A stretch of 64,000 nucleotides of DNA, taken from NCBI GenBank assembly GCA_965649765.1, contig OZ287754.1:33914001-33978000 (forward strand). Reading direction: 5' to 3'. The notes beneath the pieces are model-generated. The model was not told the DNA's origin. It saw only the letters and a list, made by a program, of their open reading frames with translations, and made no database searches. The position numbers were made by a program, and so were the translations under genes. Source of the stretch: Bispira polyomma (taxonomy: Eukaryota). Of the stretch, positions 51,343-64,000 are shown one piece after another (the first letter of the stretch is position 1; every line of letters starts with the position of its first letter).

Positions 51343-53854
51343 AATGTTTGTATGTAAATAAAACTTCTAGTCATAACAATTAAACTAATATCCCCAACCT
51401 ACCTCTTTTCATTTTCCTGTGTTACTCACCACCTCCAAGATTACAGGGTAGGGTACTGGCAAGCTCACTAATACTGTGCTTTGGCGGAAAGTGGGTACAA
51501 CCATTTACTTCAAATTAACTTGGCTTTCTCCTGAGCTAATAGGGATCAACTGGTTGTCTTATATGATCATGAAATTCATGTACACGTACTTGCCACATAT
51601 AGGTGTTTTACAATAAAACATTTAGGCCATCGTACCATGTTTGAGTTTTAAAGGTCAAGTAAAAGCTAGATGTTTTTGACCTTTGAAGTTAAGAGTGAAG
51701 TTTTTGGTTTGAGGAGGTAGTTTGAAGATGGAAGTTTAAAAGTTGTACAAATATATGCTGTTTGAAGTAATCTATTTACAATTTTTACAACTGTACAGAA
51801 TTTTGTAAATATTTGATTTTGGCTATAGTCCCTAGATTTGAAAATCACCAATACTGACAAAACAATTAACACAGGTTACGCCATGACTGGATGTGTAAGA
51901 GTCAAAATTCTAATTTTAATGTCCAGCCAATACAAAGAAACTGTTGACCAATTATTCGGATATGCAACTTTCATACTTGATTCATTATGGCTTCCCCTTA
52001 GATTTCAATGAAAATAAGCTGATTAGTATTAGAAACACAGTTCAGTCAAATCGTTCATGACTAGGGAAAAGCCGGATGCCCCATGAAGGTGCATTATCAT
52101 AGATCTAAGTTTGCCGCATGGTAATTCTATTAACTTTCCTATACAGAATGACAAATATTTAGATACTCCTTTTATACTCACACTTCTCACAGCGGATGAC
52201 ATCACAAACAAAAGTTTTAAACTAGGTAAAAGAAGTCATGCATTTCAGCACATCATATTAGATCCGGCAAATTACAAGCCCTAGTGCAAAAAATGTGATC
52301 AGTATTTTATTGTCTCCTATTTGGGCACAGGCACGGAATCATCATTTTTAGTGACTTAGCAATGCTGTGAGGTTCATTATTTCAAGCAGAGATCCGGATG
52401 TCATTGAGTTTGGGTCCCCATGAAAAGTTTTCAAATTTGTTTACACTCCTACAGTAACTAGGTTTCAACCAGTGTCATATGATGCAGAAAAAATGCGATA
52501 ATAAGCTGCTAATACAGAAAAAAAAACCCAAAAGTCATAAGGAATATGGTGCTTAACATTTGTAAGTGAACAATATCAATATTACATAAGTCATTCGGTA
52601 CATTAATAACATTGCTGATCATACACAGCCCCAAAATCATAAAAACATAAATTTGATGTTTAGTAGAATGTGTAGGTGTAAAAACAATTATACTATTAAA
52701 TAAAATGCAATCTAACCCTGATTAGGAGCTCATCCAAGCATAACTAACATTCTGGTAACAAACGAGCGTGCTTGACGCACAAACTTACTAATGTACAATA
52801 ATTTACCAAGTAAACATTGAAGTTGATGTTTAGTAGCATTAGACGTAGCACACGAAGACTCACAGAAAGATTTAATAGCTAATAATTTATCACTAGTAAT
52901 GCTAATACTACCTGCTCACACATTAAATTGTATACCAAGGCAGGTATAACATTTGCAGGAAGCTCTAATCTGTTAACTGGTAAGCCCAGTTCATTCAACA
53001 AAAATAATAAGTAATTATCAGCAGCCATGAATTTATGATCAGACTCATGAATACCAATGAGGTTTTCACAGTTTTTCCAGATAATGAAGCCCTAACGGGC
53101 CAAAGATACCTAATCACCCGTCTGGTCAATGAGAAAACACTGTTAAGAAAGACCTGTTTTTAATGTGAGTATTGACTGCTCCATCAGAAGACCAAGACAA
53201 ATCTACAATTACACATATATTGTCTAAAGTAGGTTTAGGTTTAGTAAATATAGGGAAAGTATGTAAATTATCTAAGGGGCTAGAATTATATGGCCCCTCC
53301 ATGACAGAATGTGCAGTCTCAATAGCAATAAATGAGCAACATGAGATTTATACGCTTGAGCAGGGAGATCATTATAATCATTAGAATGTAAATGATCAGA
53401 ATTACCCATACCCAAAGTAAACCTGAATAATAACAATTGGAGCAGCTGACGGTCTAGATAATCAGCCAAGTATTATGTCCAGTTAGAAATACTTATATCA
53501 GATTTTTGGAAAAATGAAATTATAACTGTTAAAGCATGAGGTATTTCATTACAGTCAGTAACACAAGGTAATAAACACTTGTGAATAGGCATAATAACTA
53601 AGTTTATGTTGCATAATGAAAAAAAATTAGTATGCATAATACAAAAAAACACGGAGCCAGATACAGAAAAGCAAAATCCCATATAACATTGTGAGGCCAT
53701 AACATGAAAATACAGACAAACACTGGAAAAAATATGAAACAATAGCATTGAACTCAGTGAGCCAGTATAAAGATTGTACGTTTAAACCAAGAAGTCATTC
53801 TTCAGAAAAATATTCCCAATAACATTGAACATTATAAGACTTGTGTATGAAATA

Positions 53855-54175
53855 GTGATCCCCCGTGGTCTAGTGGTTAGGGTGTTGGTCTGTTGATCAG
53901 AAGGTCCCAGGTTCAAGTCCTGGTACCGGCTGCTAGTTTCATTTGGTGGGATAACATTCTTAGGCAAGATGTGAACACAGGTTTGCCTAGTGGCTTGGAT
54001 GACCACTTAAAATGGCGGTCTTCTGTCACTGAGTAATATCTCCAGTGGCAGATTAAAGATCCTTGGGGACGTTAAAAAATGGTCATCCTCAAGCACCTCG
54101 GCGCCCATAGTGGCTGCACATGAAGAAGCGCATTTGAAAGGACCCTGTGTTCTATAAGTGCGAAATGTATTATTT
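53855..54175 (+). mobile_element. tRNA-derived SINE
   Basis: Box A TGGTCTAGTGG, box B GGTTCAAGTCC, central CTTAGGCAAG, L2-like 3' end agcgc...ctataag...tattatt. Confidence 0.8.
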
Positions 54176-54225
54176 CTTTTATTTCAAATACCAACAGGGT
54201 CAGTCTCGCTCTACCAGTTATGTTA

Positions 54226-57200
54226 TACATACGGGATTTAGAAAACCCAAGTGAGAAGTCATTCATTGGGGTGTTTATTAAAATTCTAAGTTTTGTTAGG
54301 ATGTATATCAGTACCAAATTTGCCCCTTGCTATCCACATAAAAAACTAAAACAATAAAACAGAAAGACATTTATACTGCAAGAGCCCAGATGGGATGCCT
54401 TTTATAGTAGTTGAAATATTTTGATTGGCTGGTCTGGTCCACTTCTGACTGATACATAATTAGCACCGTGCATAATTATCTGCACAGTCGCGCCCTATCA
54501 GTGATGTTCTACATACGGGATTTGGGAAAACCAAATGAGAAGTTATTTAGTCAACAGGTTTATTAAAATTCTAACAAAAGTTAGGATGGACTGCCCCCAA
54601 AGTTAAAAAAGCAATATTTTAAAAAGTAGAATTCATGAGAGTTTGGAAAGTAGAAGGGACCAGGCGAGATTGTGCAGATTCACGTTGTATATTTGGCCAC
54701 ACGGCATTACTTTTTCCCCATACACCATAAAGTTTAATGTTATTCAGAGGAACATACGCTATGGTAGCAGCTGAACACCGAAACGTGTGAAATCTGTGAC
54801 CTTAAAAAGCCATAACCATTGTTTCAAATAGGCAGCATTTCTGCACTAGCCGCCCAAGTCATGGCCATATTTAACATGGGGACATAAGGCCTGGGCACAT
54901 CTACAATAAACTATACAAATACATATTATCAGCTGCTATATATTCATGAATTTCCTTACTAAATATCTCATGTAATGTCTTCTGCCCTGACCGTGACAAG
55001 GCATCTGCCTGTACATTTAATTTTCCCGCTATGTAATTTACTGTCAAATATTTTATTATATTTTGTAACTTTTGACAAAATATTTTCGAATACATAGTTC
55101 CATAAAACTATCCGGTGTAGCACCAGTAGTTTTTGGACTGCCGCCTCATTGTGACACCTGACACACACACATTCCTGTCCATTAAATATGGTTCCCAAAT
55201 CCTAAGGGAAATTAAAATATTATAAAGTTCATATTGGCTGATTGTATAGGTGTTTATCAAATCTCAGACAGGAACAGTGTAAACTCGGTCTCCCCAGATC
55301 CTCCCCATTCTAAGTATCGTTAAATCAAAAAAAAATTGCTGTTGTTCTTGCACCCGGTTAATGAAGACCGAAACGTTGAATCTTTGAAAAAAATTAAAAA
55401 AACAAGCAATGCAAAAGATAGAAACCTTGATCTGGATTAAAATTTTTGTGATCCCTTTGTTCTCTCAATTTTGCCAATAAACGATTCATGAAAACTTGTA
55501 AACCAGGGACACACGGTGGAGTATATAAAAGTTTGCCTAACAGTGATTGCAATTGAGTTATTGAAACCACGTCCAGCAAAATACTCTACCGACAAATATC
55601 TTGAATCTCGCCTATTTTTACTTTACAAATACTAAAGATGGTCAGACATTTGTTGGAGCCACTAGAATTATACTTTATTCAGGCTTATGGGAAATCCGAG
55701 ACCTCGAATAATTTCTAGCAATGCTTGAAAAGCTTCCTTTGCCCTATACTCATGTATGCAAGCATATATGTCATTGATGTAGTTATGAACTATGAAACCA
55801 TGTTCACTCATTAAAAATCCGTTAATCTCTGAAAAATTGCCGTGCCATTAACAGCACCAAATTATTATTATTATGAATTTTTAACGCACTTTATTGATGC
55901 TAGGCATCTTCTGAAGCGTAACAGCAGATTCATTGATTCTAGATTTTGATCCAGATATTACTGATCGTCTTATTTCATGCCCAAATAGACTGCATCTGCA
56001 AGATTGATTTTCAGATTTCTGAAGGCCCATGAAATGTCAGCTTTGAACAGTCGTGCATTTTGGCCATACTATTTGAGAGATGGTATTAAAGAATTCAAAT
56101 TTTGCAAATGCAATATGAAAGGGTTTCCGAAATATGTGTGTTTGGTTACTGAACCTTCACCATATGAAAGGTCCAAAATAACTCTTTTGGCATGGTCATT
56201 AAAGGAGCCCAAGTGTACTGTTTGTGGGGTATATGGGGAAAGGGCCCATATGGGCATTATGCTTTCATTAACTATATGTTTTTTAATGTCAGCAGGGAAA
56301 GCTAATGCTGAGGAATGATCATTGGTGGTTTGTTTGCTCTTGTTCAAACCTAATTGGAACCCATATTATAAAAGGCTTAATAATAGTGTCTGTCTGTCCA
56401 TTCAGCTCCTCTTGAATGCTGTCCTGCTGTAACTGAACTAACACTAAACTAGTGGTTGTCCCACAAACATTAAAACCTTTAAGTCTTTCAAGTTGCCATA
56501 AGGGCCACAACTGTGCATTCTTTGTACAACAAGCAGACTGGCCTGAATACACCCACGACACCCCTGTTGTGCCCCCTGCCCCCCAGGTACACCCGTCTTG
56601 TGCATGTGCTTCATATCGCCTCGGGTCTCTCACCTCTGGGCGGCATGAGTTCGACCTCTGTCAATGCCTATGTGGGAAAGGTGGTAGTTCCTTACTGTGG
56701 GCCGCTGGTTTCAGTGCAGAACCTTGATCAACTCTATGCAGTGTTTCCTCCAGCGTCTCTAACCACCCGTCCCAATATAACCTAAACAGGTACTAGAGTG
56801 GACGTTAAATATCCCAATTCCAAATAAATTCATATTGCCCCGGTTATTAGGAAGAGATGCGGGTTGGTCCGTCATCTGGTGGGTTTTAGTTTGTTCGCCG
56901 TGGTTAAAATGTACTCGCGTATCATCACCCCTGTCTGTTGTGTCAAAAGTTTTAGACTGATTGGCATGTGCCCACAAACTAAAGTCAAATTGAGATTGCC
57001 CAGCCAGTGAGCAAGCTATATTCCTCTGGTTAGAAGAATGATGAATGTCCCCGTAAAGTGGGGGACCATAACCAAAATTTTTATCATTACTGCACTGAGT
57101 GGGGTCGACCTTGACATTGTCATATAATTACTTATAGTTTGAACTTTAAGAAGAACAATATTTCCATAAAAAACGTCCTCTTTTTGTTGTTCTACTGTGC

Positions 57201-58070
57201 CTCTGTATGCTGATTATCTTGCTTCAATGTTTTTGCACAGAAGGGACATACGTGTTTGAAGTAGGTGGCCCCTGTAGAGCCGTGGTGATCCTGGCTGTGT
57301 ATACAGCTGTCCTCGTTGAAATACTTACAAACCACCCTCTTTGGCTTGGTGTTAGCTTCTGTATTGTTAGATTTGGGTTTAGGTGCCATTGTTACTGACC
57401 CACCAAGACAGTTGACTGTGAATACGTCAACATGTTATCTGTAAAAACTGCTGCAGTGACCCACTTGACTGCCTCCTTGACCATATGCATGGAAACAGCA
57501 AATGCTCCTCTGGCTATTGTCCAGTAGAGGTTTTCGAAAACGTCACTGTTTTCATCAGCTCATTAAGTATATTACATGTCACCGTATTTTCCTGTGTCTC
57601 CTGGGCATTCTTTAGTACCCATATCACAAATTATCATCATGAAAGTCATGTATTTTCTTGATGGTCCTACCAAGCATGCCTCGTTAGGCCAGCTCAGGGC
57701 TGGGTTAACATTGGGGGTGTCTGTGGTATTGTATCGGCTACTCTTTTGTGCCAGGTGATACCTTGAACAAATTCGGTGGAACTCACAACTCCATCACGAC
57801 TCCTTTTGTGCCGGGTGTTACCTTGAATAAATTCCTGTGGAACTCATGACTCCGTCACTCCATCTGTTCCTCTACCAGGCATCAGACCACGGGATTCTGC
57901 CTTAGGCCTTCCAGTGAGTCTGCTGCAGCATATGCTGGCGTCGCATGTAGAGGCACTACTTGTGACTGTGGTGCAAGTCCCCCATACATCAGAGTCTGAA
58001 TCTGTCCTGTCCCCGGGTTTGGCATAATCTGATGTGTTGTCATCAGAGCTGAGAATTGGAGCTGTGTATT
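54226..58070 (-). mobile_element. Ngaro-type YR retrotransposon copy 4 (decayed, YR mostly deleted) with B1-A2-B2 end
   Basis: ORF1 remnant (SWPNE; VCKYFNEDSCIHSQDH..KHVCPFC), RT (KRVILDLSYG, KADIS, NYIND, LQSLLGKLLY), RNase H (IAGKLNVQADALSR), YR tail (FHTFR). Repeat 54511-54588 / 54226-54303. Confidence 0.85.
56621..56828 (+). mobile_element. tRNA-derived SINE (5'-truncated) nested in Ngaro copy 4
   Basis: ctctcacctctg..GAGTTCGACCTC (box B-like); 3' end aatataacctaa..gacgttaaa; flanked by ttcatat(c/t)gcc direct repeats at 56610 and 56829. Confidence 0.75.
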
Positions 58071-58494
58071 TGATAAAATCATATACTTGTAGACAAAAGA
58101 GAACATTATACTAAAATATGTAAGCTTGCATTCATGTACAAAAGTGTCTAGCTGTTGTTGTAAACCTAGATTTATAGTCAATTTACAAATGAAGTACTTT
58201 AAGTAAACGTATATCAGGATTCAAAATACTACAATTGGTTCAACATTAGGATTAATTGTATAATTACTGAAAAAAATGAAACTTCTATTAATTCTACCAT
58301 TTCCTTCCGTAATAATAACCACAGGTAAGAGCGAATTTAAAATTGCACAGTTAGCAGACAATATGTAGCTCTAAATTGATCTTTCTCATGCCTAAAAATA
58401 AGTTCTAATAAAACTTGTGTATATTTAATGATTGTTTTTAATTAGGTGGGTCCAGTAAATCACAAAGACAAGGGCAAAATGTCATGTTTAACAA

Positions 58495-58800
58495 AATAGT
58501 CTATCAGCCCAACCCTAAAAAATGTGTAATTGTGACCAAACAGATTAACAAATGCTACCTGTACTTTTTTAAAGCCAGATATTTACTGATTTGGAAAATG
58601 CATGATGGCATTGTATTTGTGGCAGCTTTATGTGAAAAAACCCAGAAATTGTACATGTACCCCCATGCAGGTATTTCGCCATTTCATCGACAACTTTGTT
58701 TCTATATGTTTTCACACATATCAATTTAATGGGTTACAACTATTTGTGTTTAGAAAATCATCTATACCATTGGAAATCTCATAGAATTATCTTTCAGTTG
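58495..58800 (+). repeat. ~300-bp dispersed repeat, inverted relative to 63285-63585
   Basis: Shared aaatgctacct, aaagccagata, catgcaggtatttcgccatttcat and ataccattggaaa; ORFs 58484 and 63451 both read KCYLYFFKARY. Confidence 0.85.
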
Positions 58801-59394
58801 ATGTGTTATACTTTACAGATAACCTCATTCTAAATACTTAACATTATACATCATACATTTCAACTTCGGTATAAACATTATTTCAATGGATTGGTTATTG
58901 GTAATCTTTTAGTTCCGATGCAGAAAACATGCAATAAACAAGTGGGGACACATGACGCCACCCGGCATAGGGAATCATGTTGTATATTTTGTAAGAAATT
59001 TTGATACAACTAATACTTTGGAAAGATTCTGGGGTGGAAGGTAATCCATACACAGTCATAATAATGAAAATGTGGTATGTATGTTTGGGTGCATATAAGA
59101 TGAATACGTAATTTAAAAGAAAGAAATAGTCATTTTGTGCCTTTCTTTGCCTCCCACGTCAGCTATATTACATTACAGTGGCCAACTTGAATTTTTTTTC
59201 TGAGTCTTTTATTGGACAACTGTGGGATACAGTTATACCAAAAGTGAAATTTAACCCATAGGATCCGAGTCACTCATGCCTACCTAAGAACACACTCTAA
59301 ATACAGTAAATGTTCGCCTTGTGTGGCCTCCCGCGGCGGCCATATGGTATTTTTTCGAAATTGGAAATATACATTTTCATTGCCTTATATCACA

Positions 59395-60503
59395 TTGTCC
59401 AAGTTCATGCCCCGGCATGGCCCCGGCATGGCCCCGGCATTGCCGTTTACTCAAGACCTGAAGAACTTGGCTAAACTTGGCCGATCGGGAGAGAAAAGGC
59501 GGAATAATGTTCATTTGCATATATTTGCATCCCCCGTTTATGACCATTTTAGCCCCATTTTAGACCCTTTTAGCCTTGTTTATGCCCAGGTTATGTTACG
59601 TTTTCTCAAGTGCCCTCCAGTTCTGGCCAGATCACACAAGTTCTAAGCAGTTTATGCCGTGGTCACACTGAGTACGTTCACGTTGTGTTGTTTTTTCGTA
59701 AACGGGAGAAAATGAGGAAACGTAGCCAAAATCTATGTATGGGTCATTTTGTATACGTTCAGTACGCATCTGTACACATTTGTACATGCACTTAATACGT
59801 TTTAATAGCTGTTTCAATTATGTTTAACTCGTCAGCCACGTCTTAATAATACGTTAGCCTAGTTAGCCACTTCATCCACGTTTTTAGAAATACGTTTATA
59901 AAACTTGTTTTGTTGTCGTTCTCCTCATCCTTAATATTATTTGTAGGTATAGTTCGTTTTACTCCCGTCATTTATGTCAAATCCACATTGAATACATTTC
60001 ATACGTCTGCTGAGAACGCAGCACCTGTTTCCAGAAAAGTTTTAACAAGCGGCTAAAAATGTAAAAAATTTTGAGGAGTTCGAAAATTAAGACATTTTAG
60101 AAAAAAACAGGATTTTAAGAGACCATCTTATCCCCACATGCTTACGTTTTCTTACACACACTACGTTTTGCTTACGTTAGCCATTTTTCGTGTGTAAGCG
60201 AAGCATAAGCTCAATGTGACCATAGCAATTACACAAGTTCTGAGCAGTTTAACTCTCGTTCATGCCCCGGCATTGCCGTTTTCTCAGGTTCTCTTAAAAT
60301 GTGTTTTCAGAGCCGTCCTACCACGGAAGTTATGAACATTCAAAATTTCCGGCTGTAGCTTACGTTCTTGCCGTTCGCCGCAGTTCGCCCTAGGTCTACC
60401 TCCGTTTTATGCCCAGTTCTGAGACGCTTGTTCAAGTTCTCACATGTTCTCAGAACGGGGGAGAACAAAGACAGTGAACGTGGTCAGTGTAAACGCTTCT
60501 TTA
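59395..60503. mobile_element. Harbinger-like non-autonomous element containing a nested TIR element (59655-60230)
   Basis: Outer element is rich in catgccccggcattgccgtt. Inner element has ends TGCCGTGGTCACACTGAG / CTCAATGTGACCATAGCA. Confidence 0.55.
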
Positions 60504-60840
60504 CTATGGGTTACACTCTGTCGTCTGAGAAAACGTTGCAAATATCATATAATATGATAGATTTTTCAACAGCCTAATTAATGGCAGGTATCTTCTAAAG
60601 TCCCACATCATTGACCGTTTCCAATGTGAATTAATGATCAGGGAGGTGATGTGGACAAGAGAGATGTCTATGCAGGGTACACTAGGTTGGTTATGAGAGA
60701 TACGTCCTATAGTTGCTTCTGAAACCAGAGGGTATTCTGGGATCTTATGTTGGCTAATAAATTGTTCTGACAAAATTGCTGACAAGTACATTTGCTTTGA
60801 CTTTGGCAGTTTGATGGAATCAGTGTTTTCTTATTCTCTT

Positions 60841-60960
60841 GTGGTCAGTGTGGCCTAGTGGTTAGACTGTCGGACTTTGGATCTGAGTGACCTTAAAGCC
60901 TGGTTAGATACTTGCTGCAGGCCTGGAGATTGTACCCTTGGACAAGGTGCTTTCCATGTT
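60841..60960 (+). mobile_element. tRNA-derived SINE 5' fragment
   Basis: Box A TGGCCTAGTGG; tgtacccttggacaagg central motif. Confidence 0.55.
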
Positions 60961-61489
60961 AACAGCAGTCTAGACTACTGTAATTGCCTTTCGCTTGGAG
61001 CAAAAGAGTCTCACATATACAAGTTGCAGTCCATTCAAAACTGAGTCATCTTTCATTTGGGTATCATATCTCAAAAAAAATACATTGGCATTCTATTCAC
61101 TACCAAATTTCCTTTAAGTCCATGTGAACACTTTCAAAGCTGTTGTTTCAATTTATTTCTCAACAGCCCTGATACCTTGCTGCTCACCATTCTTCCTTCT
61201 CTTCAAACTCGCCCATCCCCCATAGTTCCCTCCCTGTCCACCCTCACATCTTTCCTTACAAGTTACAACGTTGGCTATGTTTTGGGACTTCTCTATTAGT
61301 TTACTGACCCTGTTGTTGTGCTTTGGAGATGCCTCACATCAATAAAGCACATTCAGTGCCTCCCCAAAGTGTGGATGTATGAATATTATATATATATATA
61401 CACACTATTCTTTAGGCGTATTAATTTAATTCACTAAAGTTAGATCTACAGATTATGTACAGATTGTATCAGTTAACACAGACAGTAAC

Positions 61490-62970
61490 AGATTGTAAGT
61501 TAAAAGCATGAGTTTAAGTCCATGCCTGAGTTTAAGATGTTGACTTAAGGTTATTTAAGATTACAAAAAACTTGAAGTGACGTATGGTTACTAATCTTAT
61601 TACTTAATTTACGATTACATTACAGTTTAAGTTACATAAGGTTAAGGTAGCCTTAAATTTTGACTAATAGTACATATAAGTGATATATAGTGTATATAAA
61701 TGCCATTTGGGTTTATTGTCTAAACTAAAAAGCAACCAACATCAACTAGGAGGTAGAAGAGGAAGACTGATGTAGTGAATTTTGAAAGGCCAACGCCACA
61801 TGGTCAGAGAAATCATGATCTTGGCTTGTGTCGTGCCATACGCATTCTGAGGTCCAAGTACCATGACTTTGGATATTTTGAATGGAAACATTATTGTTAA
61901 AGGCCCATGTGGCTCCAAAACGTCTAGAAGAATGAAATGTGACGTTAAAATCTTGGAAACCAAGATCTTTAAGAATGATAGCGAGGTTGTGTCTGACTTT
62001 GGTGTCAGTCATAGCAAGCCATGTGGCCAAGCTTTTGCATTGAAACAGAGGTGAGTTCCTCTGACCAGGTGTGATGGCAAACAAATTGGAAATGGCAGCT
62101 ACTGGACACAGTGGGGAACCACCAAGTGAGGGTATTTTTATAAGTCTAACAGTATCCCTGCTCTGTAATGTCTTACTCCATTTAATCAATAGGTCAAGAC
62201 CAGGAGGTGATATATGATGTCACTTCTGGCTAAGTGTTGTAGGGGTGAGTAAGTAGCATTAGAGTGAGGAACCAGATTTGATATTCTCAAGAATGAAAAA
62301 TAGGCAAAGAGGTAAACGGCCTTGTAGACCTGACCCATATACATGAACTCACATTTTTAGATAATTTGTATCAGCAAAGAAATGTCAATGGTGGATTTTA
62401 GTTGTACCTGAATGTGTTTGTGGAAAGCAATTGCCTTTTGAAAATACTTTACTCTAGGGTCCATGAAGGCTGAGGCGTTTAGGCCATATAGGGCTCACTT
62501 TGCCTTGATTGCAGTCAAATAATTTCCTATGCCTGAATGTGATCTGTTGTTTTCAACTAAGAGCTCTAGGAAAGCTAAGAGAACAGTAGCATTGACTGGT
62601 TGTATTACATATTTGTAAACACACAGTAAGATAGAAAGTTTAGTGTAATTGTAAGATTTTTGAGTGGAGGGTTTGAAGGATGTATGAGCCCTTTGAGCTG
62701 CTCTGCCATCTGCCTTCGTCAGCTAGGCGTTTGTACCTAGGAAATACAATCAAATATTCCAGTCAAGGTGGGTGGATTCCACCCCTAAAGCTAACCAAAT
62801 CAGTTCTACTATTAATTTCCTTAATTTATTTGACAGTTCAGTGGTTATTGCCTATCTGGATAGCAAGACTGCTACCTCATTATTTTTACCCGAACCATAT
62901 ACTACTCCTATGTCAATATCTGCCCTGGTAGCTTCCAACTGGATGTTTCGGCCTATGGCTGAAAATAGCG
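61490..62970 (-). mobile_element. Ngaro-type YR retrotransposon copy 5, 3' part: RNase H end, YR, AT-rich tail
   Basis: FSFLRISNL, IKWSKTLQ, LCPVAA, FHSSRRFGATWAF, HGTWTSECVW; RNase H end LDWNI*. Confidence 0.9.
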
Positions 62971-63284
62971 TAACTCAATCTTGAAACATACTCGCATGCT
63001 AGAGGTTTTCTATATATTATTCCGTTTGATTGGTTGTAAAATTTGATGTATAAAAGTACAGGTGTATAAATTTGATGTATATTAAATCATTAAATATTAA
63101 AATAAGAAGATAAAAGCACTTTCCTCTAACAAAGCTCAATGAGCAGTACGAGCACAACTCAAAAGATTGAGTATTTTATAAATCTTGAATACAGGAATAG
63201 CAAACCAGTCGCAGCAAGATGAGCCACGTTCAACACTAAAATATCCAGTAAATGAGATTATGCACAAGTACATTTGTTACACAA

Positions 63285-63585
63285 TAACTGAAGAAAATTC
63301 CATGAGCTTTCCAATGGTATGGATAATTTTCAAAGCACAAATAGTTACAACCCATTAAATTGATCTTATGTATGAAACCCTAAAAAAAAGTTGTCCATGA
63401 AATGGCGAAATACCTGCATGAGAGTATATGTACAATTTCGAGTTTTTTTTTTAACAAAAAGCTGCCACACATACAATGCTATCATGCATTTTCAAAATCA
63501 ATACATATCTGGCTTTAAAAAAATATAGGTAGCATTTGTCCATCTTTTTGGTTATGGTCAGTTTTTGGGCTGATAGACTAAAAGT
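63285..63585 (-). repeat. ~300-bp dispersed repeat, inverted copy of 58495-58800
   Basis: Reverse-complement match. Confidence 0.85.
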
Positions 63586-64000
63586 TAAAAAAATAAGGTT
63601 GCACGTTTCATTATTATTTATTTGTTTTTTTTTTCTGTTCAGATTCATGTCCAAGACTTATGTTGATTGGGAAAAAGTGGAATGGTACCGTGTTTGATGA
63701 GCAACCTAACACATTTGAAATAGCAGGTATTGCATTGTCATGATAACTCTATACACTTTATTTTATAATAACTATTATAATAGCTACAAATATAGGTAGG
63801 GTTAGAACAATGCCAAAGAGCTGCATCTACCTAGCATGAACATTTACACTTATAAAGGACATGTTACAGACAACTGTTGTCGTTGCCAAGAAGATGCTTT
63901 TATCTAGGGAAAATAAAGGCACTATAATGTTCCAATAGTTTTCTTGAAGTGATGATGTGATATTAAGTTCATTGCTTTGTGTTTTTAAAATATTTAATCT

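Noticed and set aside
53855-53930. tRNA gene (also 60841-60915 and 40800-40881)
   Set aside because: Boxes A/B are present, but I see no convincing cloverleaf and SINE body sequence follows.
57165-57180. U-rich slippery site at the end of copy 4 ORF1
   Set aside because: TTTTTTA is present but out of phase with ORF1 as read (ACG TTT TTT ATG) and has no clear hairpin; the copy is too decayed.
51350-64000. Further channel exons (thumb, TM2)
   Set aside because: No DEG/ENaC or second LDLa motif was recognised by eye; they probably lie beyond the window, though small exons could be missed.

Overview
AT-rich eukaryotic (invertebrate metazoan-like) genomic DNA with one 301-N assembly gap (23273-23573); it is not prokaryotic and has no CRISPR array. 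The host gene is the 5' part of a + strand DEG/ENaC (ASIC-like) channel. Five phase-compatible exons (11244-11351, 12405-12538, 21430-21597, 43947-44014, 44383-44502) give HG motif, TM1, FPSVTFCNQN and then, unusually, an LDL-receptor class A module in the ectodomain. The flanks and introns hold nested transposable elements: five decayed Ngaro-type tyrosine-recombinase (YR) retrotransposons (plus a probable terminal fragment), one DIRS1-type element, three near-identical CR1/L2-group LINE copies plus older ones, a Tx1/L1 LINE, a Harbinger-like element carrying a spliced MADF-BESS pseudogene, tRNA-derived SINEs, MITE-like pieces and minisatellites. Comparing the Ngaro copies suggests an expression scheme in which ORF2 (RT/RNase H) is reached by a -1 frameshift (A_AAA_AAC plus hairpin) and the YR ORF by a conserved phase-1 splice acceptor right after RNase H. 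Several copies end in an AT-rich module bounded by GGCCACCTTA inverted repeats, which may be their target site. All coordinates and translations were read by eye; element boundaries are approximate.
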